NCBI GenBank assembly: GCA_014728175.1
Contig: WJMA01000063.1
Location: 34,413-98,412, forward strand
DNA: 64,000 nt
DNA from: Candidatus Fermentibacterota bacterium
GTDB lineage: Bacteria > Fermentibacterota > Fermentibacteria > Fermentibacterales > JCC-6
Reading direction: 5' to 3'
Of the stretch, positions 47,133 to 56,283 are shown in pieces. Position numbers and translations under genes: made by a program. Below the pieces are notes generated by a model. The model was not told where the DNA came from. It was given only the letters and a program-made list of their open reading frames with translations, and made no database searches. The stretch's first letter is position 1. Each line of letters starts with the position of its first letter.

Positions 47133-48263
47133 ATGGCCTTCGCCTATACTCCCGGCCTCAGGGTGGCCAAGGCAACCGTGGTTCGCAAGGAGAGGCGCCT
47201 GCCCTTGAAGGGGGAGGTCTCCGTCTCCATGGGCGACCGGGTGAGCGCGGACACCGTAGTGGCCAAGACCGATCTTCCGGGAAACGTGAGGATGCTCAAC
47301 GTCTCCAAGATAATCGGTCTGCCCCCCGGCGACATTCCCGAGCTCCTGCTGAAGGAACCCGGGGACAGGATCGAGGAGAGGGAGCCCATAGCCAGATCGA
47401 AGGGTTTCCTGGGCCTCTTCAAGAACACGGCGAGATCCCCCATCGAAGGAGTATTCGAGGATTACAACGAGATAACCGGGCAGTCGGTGCTGCGCGAGCC
47501 CCCCATACCCGTGGACGTTGACGCCTACGTCTCCGGTAAGGTCGTGGAAATACTGGAGGACGAGGGCGTGGTGGTGAAGACCTTCGGCACGTTCGTGCAG
47601 GGGATCTTCGGCATAGGCGGCGAGACCCGCGGCGAGCTGAAGCTGGTGGTGGACGGTCCGGAAGAGGAACTGACCGCCGACCATCTGGACGAAACCTGCC
47701 GGGGCAAGGTCGTGGTGGGAGGCTGCTTCGTCAGCCAGGACACTCTCCACCGAGCGGTCGAGCTGGGAGTGAGCGCCGTGGTGGTGGGAGGCTTCGACGA
47801 CAAGGATCTGAAAGATTTCCTCGGCTACGAGCTGGGCGTGGCCATAACCGGTCACGAAGAGAAGGGCATAATCCTGATGCTGACCGAGGGATTCGGAAGG
47901 ATGAACATGGCCCGGGCGACCTTCGATCTGCTGGCAGAACGGGAAGGTCTTCTGGCCAGCGTCAACGGTGCCACCCAGATTCGAGCCGGAGTAATGAGGC
48001 CCGAAGTAGTGGTGCCTCTGGAAGAGGAACGGGCGCCGGCTCCCTCGGAGAGGGAGCGACCGGAGTCGGGGGCGATGGACGTCTCCTCCCGGATCCGGGT
48101 CATAAGGGCACCCTACTTCGGCAGGCTGGGCAAGGTGGTTTCCCTTCCGCCGGAGTTGCAGGAGCTGGAGAGCGAATCCAAGGTGAGGGTGCTGAAGGTC
48201 GAGTTCGACGACGGAGAGAAGGCCACGGTTCCCAGAGCCAACGTAGAGCTGATAGAGGAGTAG
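47133..48263 (+). CDS. 376-aa cytoplasmic protein of unknown function (N-terminal barrel-sandwich-hybrid-like, central alpha/beta, C-terminal KOW/SH3-like by inference)
   Basis: GGGAGGTGAG upstream. GDRVSADTVVAKTDLPG and GDRIEEREPIARSKG resemble the two halves of a lipoyl-like hybrid barrel. The C-terminus is RVIRAPYFGRLGKVVSL...VRVLKVEFDDGEKATVP. Confidence 0.8.
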   Translation: MAFAYTPGLRVAKATVVRKERRLPLKGEVSVSMGDRVSADTVVAKTDLPGNVRMLNVSKIIGLPPGDIPELLLKEPGDRIEEREPIARSKGFLGLFKNTARSPIEGVFEDYNEITGQSVLREPPIPVDVDAYVSGKVVEILEDEGVVVKTFGTFVQGIFGIGGETRGELKLVVDGPEEELTADHLDETCRGKVVVGGCFVSQDTLHRAVELGVSAVVVGGFDDKDLKDFLGYELGVAITGHEEKGIILMLTEGFGRMNMARATFDLLAEREGLLASVNGATQIRAGVMRPEVVVPLEEERAPAPSERERPESGAMDVSSRIRVIRAPYFGRLGKVVSLPPELQELESESKVRVLKVEFDDGEKATVPRANVELIEE

Positions 48264-48266
48264 GAA

Positions 48267-49439
48267 ATGGGCCGGCTGGGTCTCTTCCTGGTGATTCTGA
48301 TCGGGCCCGTACCTGCGCTGGCCGCTGGTTCTGCCGGGCCAGATCAGGCCCGGCCCGTGGCCGACAGCTTCGAAGCGGTCGACTCCCCCAACGACGCCGG
48401 CGGGGTGATAGAGCTCTCCTGGGCAATGTCCCCGGGCTCGAAACTGGTGGACTCCATGCTGGTTACCAGATCGAAGGCCGGAGGCCCGGAAAACGTGCTC
48501 AGCGTCGTAAGCCCGGTCTCCACCAGTTACCGGGACACGACTGTGGCGAACGGAGTCCGGTACAGCTACGCTCTGGTGCCGATGCTGGATGGTCGAAGGC
48601 TGGCCGAGGTCGGCCCGGTGGCAGCTTCCGCCAGCGCCCAGTGGATCCACTCCGGTCGATCCGGGATGCTGATCATAACCGTCATCCTCGCCGCCTTCAT
48701 CCTTTACTTCATAAGGCACGGCCGGAAGGGCGGGGAGCTCTACATAAGGCAGATCGCGGGCCTCAGCGCGGTGGACGACGCGGTGGGGAGGGCAACGGAG
48801 ATGGGACGTCCGGTCCTGTACATCCCCGGAATAATGGACATGGACAACATCCAGACCATAGCCAGCACGGTCATCCTGGGCCGGGTGGCCGCCCGGACGG
48901 CCGAGTACGGAACACCGCTGATGGTACCGGTAAGCAAGAGCGTGGTGCTGAGCGTGGCCCAGGAGGTGGTCAAGGAGGCATATCTGGAGGCGGGCCGGCC
49001 CGACGCCTTCCAAAAGGATAGCATATCCTACCTGACAGACGATCAGTTCGGCTACGCCGCCGGGGTTGACGGGATAATAGTCAGGGAGAAACCCGCGGCC
49101 ATATTCCTTCTGGGGGCCTTCTACGCGGAGAGCCTGATCCTGGCGGAGACCGGACGTAGCGTGGGAGCGATCCAGATCGCCGGAACCGCCATGCCCAGCC
49201 AGCTGCCTTTCTTCATCGCCGCCTGCGACTACACCCTGATAGGGGAGGAGCTCTTCGCAGCCAGCGCTTACCTGTCGCGTGAACCCAAGTTGTTGGGCAG
49301 CCTGAAGGGTCAGGACGTCGCCAAGCTGTTCTTCATGGTGGTGATAGTGCTGGGCGTCATAGCGTCAACCGTGGGGCAGGCCTGGGACCCGGCGTCGGAG
49401 ATCGCGGCCTTCATCCGCAACCTGACCCACGTGGAATAG
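48267..49439 (+). CDS. Membrane protein: signal/anchor, FN3-like ectodomain, TM helix, alpha/beta domain of about 200 aa, terminal TM helix
   Basis: MGRLGLFLVILIGPVPALA. FN3-like IELSWAMSPG...YRDTTVANGVRYSYALVP. TM helices MLIITVILAAFILYFI and LFFMVVIVLGVIA. Confidence 0.8.
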   Translation: MGRLGLFLVILIGPVPALAAGSAGPDQARPVADSFEAVDSPNDAGGVIELSWAMSPGSKLVDSMLVTRSKAGGPENVLSVVSPVSTSYRDTTVANGVRYSYALVPMLDGRRLAEVGPVAASASAQWIHSGRSGMLIITVILAAFILYFIRHGRKGGELYIRQIAGLSAVDDAVGRATEMGRPVLYIPGIMDMDNIQTIASTVILGRVAARTAEYGTPLMVPVSKSVVLSVAQEVVKEAYLEAGRPDAFQKDSISYLTDDQFGYAAGVDGIIVREKPAAIFLLGAFYAESLILAETGRSVGAIQIAGTAMPSQLPFFIAACDYTLIGEELFAASAYLSREPKLLGSLKGQDVAKLFFMVVIVLGVIASTVGQAWDPASEIAAFIRNLTHVE

Positions 49440-49449
49440 GAGGGGAGGG

Positions 49450-50106
49450 ATGAGACTCTACGTACCTTTGGGAATAACCTTCATCGCCGGGATCATAATG
49501 ATCCTGGAGTTCTTCGTTCCCCATGATCCTTTTCCCACCCTGGGCGGCCATGTTAAGGACTGGTACACGATAGTGGCTTCCTCGGCGATTTTCCTGGGGA
49601 TACTGAACCTGCTCAGGGTCCATCTGAAGAAGATCAATCTCCGGTCCCGCAACTGGCAGTACAGCCCGGTGACCATAATCGGGTTCCTGGGCATGTTCGG
49701 GACCGGGGTGGCCTTCGGCTTCACCGAGGGGCCCTTCTTCTTCATGTTCAACGAGTTCGTGGTTCCCATGGGTGCCACGATGTTCAGCCTGCTGGCCTTC
49801 TTCGTGGCCTCGGCCGCGTTCCGGGCATTCAGAGCCTCCAACTGGCGGGCCTCTCTTCTTCTGGCCTCCGCCTTTTTGGTGATGCTGGGAAGGGTGCCCA
49901 TAGGTGACCTGATCTGGAGGCTGATACCGGGTGCCGCCGAGAGCGCGCATCCCAACCTGGTCACCGAGATCGGCGAGTGGATAATGAGGGTCCCCAACAT
50001 GGGAGGGCAGAGAGCGATACTCATAGGCGCCGCCATGGGTGTGGTGGCCACCTCGCTGCGGATGATCTTCGGCATCGAGCGCAGCTACCTCGGGGGAACC
50101 GACTGA
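49450..50106 (+). CDS. Polytopic membrane protein (about 6 TM), unknown function
   Basis: AGGAGGGGAGGG lies immediately before the ATG. Hydrophobic throughout. Its stop overlaps the next start (TGATG). Confidence 0.8.
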   Translation: MRLYVPLGITFIAGIIMILEFFVPHDPFPTLGGHVKDWYTIVASSAIFLGILNLLRVHLKKINLRSRNWQYSPVTIIGFLGMFGTGVAFGFTEGPFFFMFNEFVVPMGATMFSLLAFFVASAAFRAFRASNWRASLLLASAFLVMLGRVPIGDLIWRLIPGAAESAHPNLVTEIGEWIMRVPNMGGQRAILIGAAMGVVATSLRMIFGIERSYLGGTD

Positions 50107-50978
50107 TGGCCGACTTCTGGAAGAGACTGGGCGAGATCGACCGGAGGATCATCTTCGTACTGATAGCCCTGGCGGTGTTGGTTCCCCTGGCCCTGAAGCT
50201 GGCGTTCCCCATACCTGTGGGCAAGGGCCCCAGCAAGGACTTCTTCGACTCCGTCGACTCCCTTCCCCCCGAGTCCGTGGTGCTGATGAGCTTCGATTAC
50301 GATCCTTCCACCAAGCCCGAGCTCCATCCGATGGCCATTGCCATCGTGCAGCATCTGATGAGCACCGACGTGAACCTGGTGGCGATGGCTCTTTGGCCCC
50401 AGGGCGCCTCCCTGGCCCAGGAGATCCTGGTGGAAATCTCGGACAGTCTGGGAAGGGAGCAGTACCACGATTGGGTGAACCTGGGGTACAAGACGGGCGG
50501 ACTTGTTCTTATCGCCCGTCTGGGAAGCTCGATGAAGGCGGCCTTTCCCACCGATCTTAGCGAGACGCCGTACGGGCAGATACCCATGCTGGACGGGATA
50601 CAGAGGCTTTGCGACTTCGACATGATAATCACCCTCTCCGCGGGCGACCCGGGAATACCCCACTGGGTGATGGTCGCCTCCGACCAGCTGGGCGTGCCGG
50701 TGGGAGGAGGCTGCACCGCGGTCAGCGCCCCGCAGTTCTACCCCTACCTGCAGCGGAGGGTCGGGGAGAGACCCCAGATGGAAGGGCTGCTGGGCGGGTT
50801 GAGAGGAGCGGCCGACTACGAGGCCCTGCTCAGACGCAAGTACGCCCAGGCCCCACCGGGAACCGCCATAGCCGGAATGGCGGCCCAATCGGTTGCCCAC
50901 CTGGTCATCATGGTGTTCATAGTGCTGGGCAACCTCTCCTACCTGGCCCTGCGCAAGCGGAAGGAGGGTCAGCGATGA
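50106..50978 (+). CDS. Membrane protein: N-terminal TM helix, alpha/beta domain of about 230 aa, C-terminal TM helix. Unknown function.
   Basis: RRIIFVLIALAVLVPLAL, then the soluble part, then AHLVIMVFIVLGNLSYLAL. I chose the ATG at 50106 inside the track ORF 49977..50978. Confidence 0.8.
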   Translation: MADFWKRLGEIDRRIIFVLIALAVLVPLALKLAFPIPVGKGPSKDFFDSVDSLPPESVVLMSFDYDPSTKPELHPMAIAIVQHLMSTDVNLVAMALWPQGASLAQEILVEISDSLGREQYHDWVNLGYKTGGLVLIARLGSSMKAAFPTDLSETPYGQIPMLDGIQRLCDFDMIITLSAGDPGIPHWVMVASDQLGVPVGGGCTAVSAPQFYPYLQRRVGERPQMEGLLGGLRGAADYEALLRRKYAQAPPGTAIAGMAAQSVAHLVIMVFIVLGNLSYLALRKRKEGQR

Positions 50979-51625
50979 GCTGGGAGATGGTAGGTATATG
51001 GGGCGGCGCCCTGCTCACCCTGTGCCTGTACAGCTTCCTCTACCGCGACAATCCGTTTTACAAGTTCGCCGAGCACCTCTTCGTGGGGATGAGTGCGGGA
51101 TATTGGGCGATCTACACCATATTCAACGTGCTCAAGCCGAACTGGTGGGACAAGCTGGTGGGAGCGGGCGACGCCGACCCGCAGCTCATCATGATAATCC
51201 CCGGATTGCTGGCCGTTCTGATGCTGATGCGGGTGGTATCCAAGCTGGCTACGTACTCTCGGCTGCCCCTGGCCTTGATAGTGGGAGCGGGAGCGGGCCT
51301 ACAGCTGGTCAGCTTCTTCCAGACCAACGGCTTGAAGCAGGTGGAGAACACGGTAATTCCTCTGGTTGGAAGCGGAGTGGGTCCCACCATAGACAACCTG
51401 TTGATCGTGACCGCGGTGGTGTGCGGCCTGGTGTACTTCTTCTTCTCCAAGGCCCACAGGGGAATAACCGGTGGCATGGCCAACGTGGGGATCACCATGC
51501 TGATGGTGGCCTTCGGGGCCAGCTTCGGTTACACGGTGATGGCCCGTATAAGCCTGCTAATAGGCCAGGCCCAGTTCCTGCTGTTCGAATGGGTTCCCAC
51601 CATACCGAGAATACTGGGCCTTTAG
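50975..51625 (+). CDS. Polytopic membrane protein (about 6 TM), unknown function
   Basis: The ATG at 50975 overlaps the upstream TGA. Hydrophobic segments run throughout. Confidence 0.8.
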   Translation: MSWEMVGIWGGALLTLCLYSFLYRDNPFYKFAEHLFVGMSAGYWAIYTIFNVLKPNWWDKLVGAGDADPQLIMIIPGLLAVLMLMRVVSKLATYSRLPLALIVGAGAGLQLVSFFQTNGLKQVENTVIPLVGSGVGPTIDNLLIVTAVVCGLVYFFFSKAHRGITGGMANVGITMLMVAFGASFGYTVMARISLLIGQAQFLLFEWVPTIPRILGL

Positions 51626-51651
51626 TGCGCCTGCGGAGGGAGTCGCTCAAC

Positions 51652-51680
51652 TTGACAGCCTCAGGGGCCAGCCTTATTCT
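51652..51680 (+). promoter_or_regulatory. Possible sigma70-like promoter upstream of the TonB-dependent receptor gene
   Basis: TTGACA (51652-51657), a 17-nt spacer, then TATTCT (51675-51680). The lineage may use other promoter consensus sequences. Confidence 0.3.
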
Positions 51681-51902
51681 CACCGCGGTGCACATGGCAA
51701 GCGATTGGATGAAGATTCGAGAGGGCTCTCCACCACCGGGAGCAGCGGTTGCGGAACGCCCTCCGATCAGTATTTGTTTTATATAGGGGATAACCAGGCG
51801 TTAGTACCCCGCCGTGTGGGGAGAGGAAGGGAGCGATAAACCTGCACCCGGAGCGGGGAAGAGGGATTACAGACAAGAAAAGTAGAGAGAAGGGAGAAAA
51901 GC

Positions 51903-54599
51903 GTGTACAGTAGGGCAACGACGATATCGCTCGCCCTGGTGCTGTTCATCGCACTCTCCGCTATGGCGGGAACCACGGGCAAGATAGCGGGTCGGGTGAC
52001 CGACGAGGATGGCAACCCGCTCGTGGGCGCAACCGTCATGATAGAGGGAACCAGCTACGGTGCGATGACAGACGCCAACGGCGAGTACTTCATAATCAAT
52101 CTTCAACCAGGATCTTACGACGTAGTCTGCCAGATGGTCGGTATGGGCCGTCAGACGATGAGCGGGGTAACGGTCATCGCCGACCAGACCACCCGGATCG
52201 ACTTCCAACTTCGCCCCGAGGCCGTCGGTGAGATTACGATCGAGGTTACCGCCGATGAGACCGATATAATGATGGACGTCACCGAGCAGCTTCATGTGGT
52301 AAGCCGCGAGGACATCGAGACCATGCCGGTCTCCGGTATTACCGACATCGTCGGTCGTCAGGCCGGAATAACCGTTCAGAACGGTAACGTCCACGTGCGC
52401 GGCGGACGCGAGGGCGAGGTCGTCTACATGGTGGACGGCCTGTCCGTGATGAATCCCACCGGCAACTTCCGAGCCACCACCGTTCCGGTGTCGGCGATTC
52501 AGGAAACCTCGGTCATAACCGGTGGTTTCGGAGCCGAGTACGGCAACGCCCAGTCGGGAATCGTCAACATCGTCACCCGCGAGGGTGGCGACGAGTACGA
52601 CTTCAACTACCGGATCTTCGCCAACGACTTTCCCACCCTGGGTCTGGCCGAAGACTGGCACTGGAGCGACGACGGGCCCTTCCGGGAGGCCAGGATAGAC
52701 ATGACGGGCGCCGTAGGCGGCCCCGAGCCCCTGTTCAGCTACCTGTTCCCGGCCATGGGAATGGACGTTCCGGGAGACGTCAGGATAATGCTTTCCGGTA
52801 GCATGATCACCTGGGGAGGCGGTCCGGACGAGCGCTACGGCGACCAGGTGAACGATGGCGGGGAGACCATAAGGGCCAACGTCAAGCTTACCTACAGGCC
52901 CAGCGCCCGAACCAGGATGAACTTCGCCTACCAGAGCGAGGACCACGAGCGCGGATACTCCTACTGGAGCGTTTGCTGGCCCTTCGCGAGGTTCGAGGAG
53001 GAGTACGTAACCGAGCAGGGCGATACGGTAGGCCAGGGCATCGAGTACGGCCTCCCAACCCTATTCGGGGACGACTACACCTACTCCTTCGGCCTTACCC
53101 AGACCCTGAGCGACAACACGTTCATGGAGACCAAGCTGCAGTACATGAACGAGGAGTTCCAGTACAAGATCCGCGACATGGACGGCGGCTGGGTAGGCGA
53201 GGACTACACCGTAGACGACTGGCTGAACTACACCCCCGATCGCATCCAGGACTCCGACGGCTTCTACCGCTACGGCGCCAGCCGGTACGCGTGGTACGAC
53301 CGCCGCACCAGGATCGGTCAGGGCCGCATAGACGTAACCAGCCAGATAACCAACGAGCACCAGATCAAGGCGGGTATCGAGGGCCATTACTACGACCTGT
53401 TCGAGTACAGGGTCGACACCGCCTCGGGAGGCAACATCTACCTCGACCGCTGGCACGCCTACCCCAACATGGGCGCGGTCTACATACAGGACAAGATGGA
53501 GTACAGGGGGATGATAGTTAACGCCGGCCTCCGGTTCGACTACCTCGATCCCAACTACTCCAACTATCCGGCCGACGTCGGCGACCCGGTCAACCCGGGC
53601 ACCTCCTGGGGAGACCCCGACCATATAAAGAACCCGGTCGACGTCTCCATGAAGTACCACCTCAGCCCCCGGGTCGGCTTCTCCCACCCCATAACCGACC
53701 GCGACGTGCTCCACTTCACCTACGGCCACTACTTCCAGACCCCCTCGATGGACCAGCTGTTCGAAGGGGCCGACTACAACCTGTCCGGGGCCTTCCCCAT
53801 CGTGGCCAACCCCGATCTGGAGCCCGAGGAGACCATCTCCTACGAGGTGGGAGTGAAGCACCAGTTCAACGACAACACCATGCTCAGCGTCGCCGGCTTC
53901 TACAAAGACATCACCGGCCTGGTGGACATGCAGAAGGTCTACTACTCGCCGGTAGATAACTACGACCTCTTCGTAAACGGCGACTACGGCAACGTCCGCG
54001 GAGCCGAGCTGAGCATCGTCCGCAGACCCAGCAACTTCTGGGCCGTCAACGCCAACTACACCTACCAGGTGGCCCAGGGCAAGAGCTCGTCCGCTTACCA
54101 GAACTACACCTACAACTGGGCCGGATGGATCATACCCAAGCAGGAGTCCTACCTGGATTGGGACCAGAGGCACGAGATAAGCGCCAACCTCGACTTCCGC
54201 ATCCCCAGGGGCGAGGGCCCCAGAATGGGCGACTATCCCATCCTGGAGGGATTCGGAATCAACCTCGACTGGACGTTCGGAAGCGGTTACCCGTTCACCA
54301 AGGACGCCCAGGGAACCCTCTCCCCGGTCATCAACGGAGAGAGGCTCCCCTGGACCAGCACCACCGAGCTGAAGGTCAACAAGAGGTTCTGGACCGGACC
54401 GGTCTCGTTCAACCTGATGTGCTGGGTTACCAACCTCTTCAACCGCAGAAACATCAATCATCTGGCCGACGAAGGCTGGTACCTCGCCGACCAGGACGGA
54501 GACGGTGAGCCCGACTACGATCCCAAGGGCTCCATGCATAACCCGTACGTTTACTCGCTGGAACGGCAGATCCGTTTCGGTCTGGGCATCGAGTGGTAG
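51903..54599 (+). CDS. TonB-dependent outer-membrane receptor with an N-terminal carboxypeptidase-regulatory-like domain
   Basis: Signal peptide. GKIAGRVTDEDGNPLVGATVMIEGT...GEYFIINLQPGSYDV. Plug motifs VHVRGGREGEVVYMVDG and GAEYGNAQSGIVNIVT. C-terminal RFGLGIEW. GTG start. Confidence 0.85.
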   Translation: MYSRATTISLALVLFIALSAMAGTTGKIAGRVTDEDGNPLVGATVMIEGTSYGAMTDANGEYFIINLQPGSYDVVCQMVGMGRQTMSGVTVIADQTTRIDFQLRPEAVGEITIEVTADETDIMMDVTEQLHVVSREDIETMPVSGITDIVGRQAGITVQNGNVHVRGGREGEVVYMVDGLSVMNPTGNFRATTVPVSAIQETSVITGGFGAEYGNAQSGIVNIVTREGGDEYDFNYRIFANDFPTLGLAEDWHWSDDGPFREARIDMTGAVGGPEPLFSYLFPAMGMDVPGDVRIMLSGSMITWGGGPDERYGDQVNDGGETIRANVKLTYRPSARTRMNFAYQSEDHERGYSYWSVCWPFARFEEEYVTEQGDTVGQGIEYGLPTLFGDDYTYSFGLTQTLSDNTFMETKLQYMNEEFQYKIRDMDGGWVGEDYTVDDWLNYTPDRIQDSDGFYRYGASRYAWYDRRTRIGQGRIDVTSQITNEHQIKAGIEGHYYDLFEYRVDTASGGNIYLDRWHAYPNMGAVYIQDKMEYRGMIVNAGLRFDYLDPNYSNYPADVGDPVNPGTSWGDPDHIKNPVDVSMKYHLSPRVGFSHPITDRDVLHFTYGHYFQTPSMDQLFEGADYNLSGAFPIVANPDLEPEETISYEVGVKHQFNDNTMLSVAGFYKDITGLVDMQKVYYSPVDNYDLFVNGDYGNVRGAELSIVRRPSNFWAVNANYTYQVAQGKSSSAYQNYTYNWAGWIIPKQESYLDWDQRHEISANLDFRIPRGEGPRMGDYPILEGFGINLDWTFGSGYPFTKDAQGTLSPVINGERLPWTSTTELKVNKRFWTGPVSFNLMCWVTNLFNRRNINHLADEGWYLADQDGDGEPDYDPKGSMHNPYVYSLERQIRFGLGIEW

Positions 54600-54617
54600 G
54601 CTGTTAGACTCGCTTTA

Positions 54618-54649
54618 GGGGGCGGGCCCGGTTCACCCGGGCCGCCCCC
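54618..54649 (+). terminator. GC-rich hairpin after the receptor gene
   Basis: GGGGGCG(G)GCCCGG-ttcac-CCGGGC-CGCCCCC gives about 13 bp with one bulge. No T-tract follows. Confidence 0.35.
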
Positions 54650-54681
54650 AGCACCATCTGATTAAGGAGTGACACTTCATC

Positions 54682-55524
54682 ATGCGTACTCTCTTGTATG
54701 TCTTCCTTACCGTCTTCTGTGCCTTGGCGATGGCTCAGCCACCCGGTGCCGGGGACGCAGCCGCCGATACGGCGGCGGCCGGTAGCGATACCGCAGAGGT
54801 GGGCGAGGCACCCGCCCCTGTGGATGAGCCGCCCGAAACCAGCCCTCCCGCCGCGGACGTGGAGACCGAGGAGGTGGAGAGGCAGCAGAGCGCCAGCATG
54901 AACCTGAAGGACCTGTTCGTGGCCGGCGGGAACTTCATGTGGCCGCTGCTCCTGGCTCTCCTGATCGGAATCGCGGTGGCCATAGAGAGGTTCGTAACCT
55001 TCAGCAGGGCCAAGATAGACGTGGCAAGGTTCCTGGAGCAGATAGGAGGCTACCTGCGCAAGGGCGATCTCAAGGGCGCCGAGGACCTCTGCGACCGCAC
55101 CCGCGGTCCGGTAGCCTCCGTCCTCAGGGCCGGCTTGTTGAGAAGGGACAAGGGCCTGGAATCGGTGGAGAAGGCCATAGACAGCGCGGGCGGGATAGAG
55201 ATGGCGTTTCTGGAGAAGCGCATCGTCGTCCTGGCCTCCGTGGCAAGCATCGCGCCAATGCTGGGCTTCCTGGGAACGGTCTCGGGAATGATAAGGGCCT
55301 TCGGCGAGATCGCCGCGGCCAAGAACGTGGAGGCCAGCCTGGTTGCGGGCGGTATTCAGGAGGCGCTGATAACCACCGCGTCCGGATTGGCCATAGCCAT
55401 TCCCGTCCAGGCCGCGCACCACTACTTCGTGGCCCGCATAGGCGGCTTCGTGACCGACATGGAGGAGGCCAGCGGTTTCCTTATGGACACCCTGGCCGAC
55501 ATGGAGCAGCTGAAACAGCTGTAG
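54682..55524 (+). CDS. exbB: MotA/TolQ/ExbB-family proton channel with a signal peptide and an acidic Ala/Pro-rich N-terminal spacer
   Basis: Core motifs WPLLLALLIGIAVAIER, IAPMLGFLGTVSGMI and ALITTASGLAIAIP. Confidence 0.85.
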   Translation: MRTLLYVFLTVFCALAMAQPPGAGDAAADTAAAGSDTAEVGEAPAPVDEPPETSPPAADVETEEVERQQSASMNLKDLFVAGGNFMWPLLLALLIGIAVAIERFVTFSRAKIDVARFLEQIGGYLRKGDLKGAEDLCDRTRGPVASVLRAGLLRRDKGLESVEKAIDSAGGIEMAFLEKRIVVLASVASIAPMLGFLGTVSGMIRAFGEIAAAKNVEASLVAGGIQEALITTASGLAIAIPVQAAHHYFVARIGGFVTDMEEASGFLMDTLADMEQLKQL

Positions 55525-55533
55525 GGGAAACGA

Positions 55534-56283
55534 ATGCGGATTCGTAACAAGCCGGAAGCCAGCAGCAAGATAACCGACGCATCCATGTCCGACATCGCTT
55601 TCCTGTTGCTGATATTCTTCCTGGTGACCACCACCTTCGAGGTACAGAAGGGCATAACCTACAGGCTGCCGAAGAAGCCCGACATAGATACGCCGGAGGT
55701 TGTGGTCGACGAGACCAACAGAGTGGTAATGACCATAAAGCAATGGGGTCTGCACGAGTACGTGGCTCTCATAGACGCAGCCCCTCCCGGAGGACCTCTT
55801 AGAAGGGCCCGGGCCGGGGAGGACGTCAGCCTGGCTGACACCAGCCTTCACAGAGGCCTAAGGGAGCTGGCGGCCGAGAGGGCGGAGCCCCTGGACGCCG
55901 TCCGGGAAAGGCTCCTGGGCAACCTGGAGGCCGCCAAGGGCGTTCGCAGGGGCACCTACAGCAGCATCCGCAGGGCCATAGAGGCCGAGAACCTCACCCC
56001 TATGGTCATGGAGGGCCTTCCCAGCAGGCTCATGGAGGATGAGGTACCGGTGGACGAGGACCCGTTGTTCGGAAACGTGGCCTTCGGTGACACCCTGGTA
56101 CTATCGGACGTCAGGCAGGGCCCCATCGCCACCGCGGTAAGGGAGAGCGAAATGGTGGTAATACTGAAGTTCTTCCCGGACTGCGACTACGAGGGCATGA
56201 TAGAGGCCATTGACATGCTGCGCACGAACGGTGTCAGCAGAACCGGAATAACCATCCAGGAGCGGCTGGGAGGTGGAGCCTGA
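55534..56283 (+). CDS. ExbD/TolR-family protein with an insertion of about 110 aa
   Basis: N-terminal ITDASMSDIAFLLLIFFLVTTTF. The ExbD-like end VVILKFFPDCDYEGMIEAIDMLRTNGV is separated from it by an extra region. Confidence 0.75.
   Translation: MRIRNKPEASSKITDASMSDIAFLLLIFFLVTTTFEVQKGITYRLPKKPDIDTPEVVVDETNRVVMTIKQWGLHEYVALIDAAPPGGPLRRARAGEDVSLADTSLHRGLRELAAERAEPLDAVRERLLGNLEAAKGVRRGTYSSIRRAIEAENLTPMVMEGLPSRLMEDEVPVDEDPLFGNVAFGDTLVLSDVRQGPIATAVRESEMVVILKFFPDCDYEGMIEAIDMLRTNGVSRTGITIQERLGGGA

Noticed and set aside
46632-49013. 793-aa minus-strand ORF antisense to the MutL-family cluster. Similar long antisense ORFs occur at 53061-54539, 57556-58968, 38520-39950, 17543-18970 and 874-1788.
   Set aside because: Their translations are low-complexity and rich in G, R, P, H and Q, with no motifs. 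Each lies opposite a plus-strand gene with clear family signatures. Long stop-free antisense frames are expected at this G+C content.
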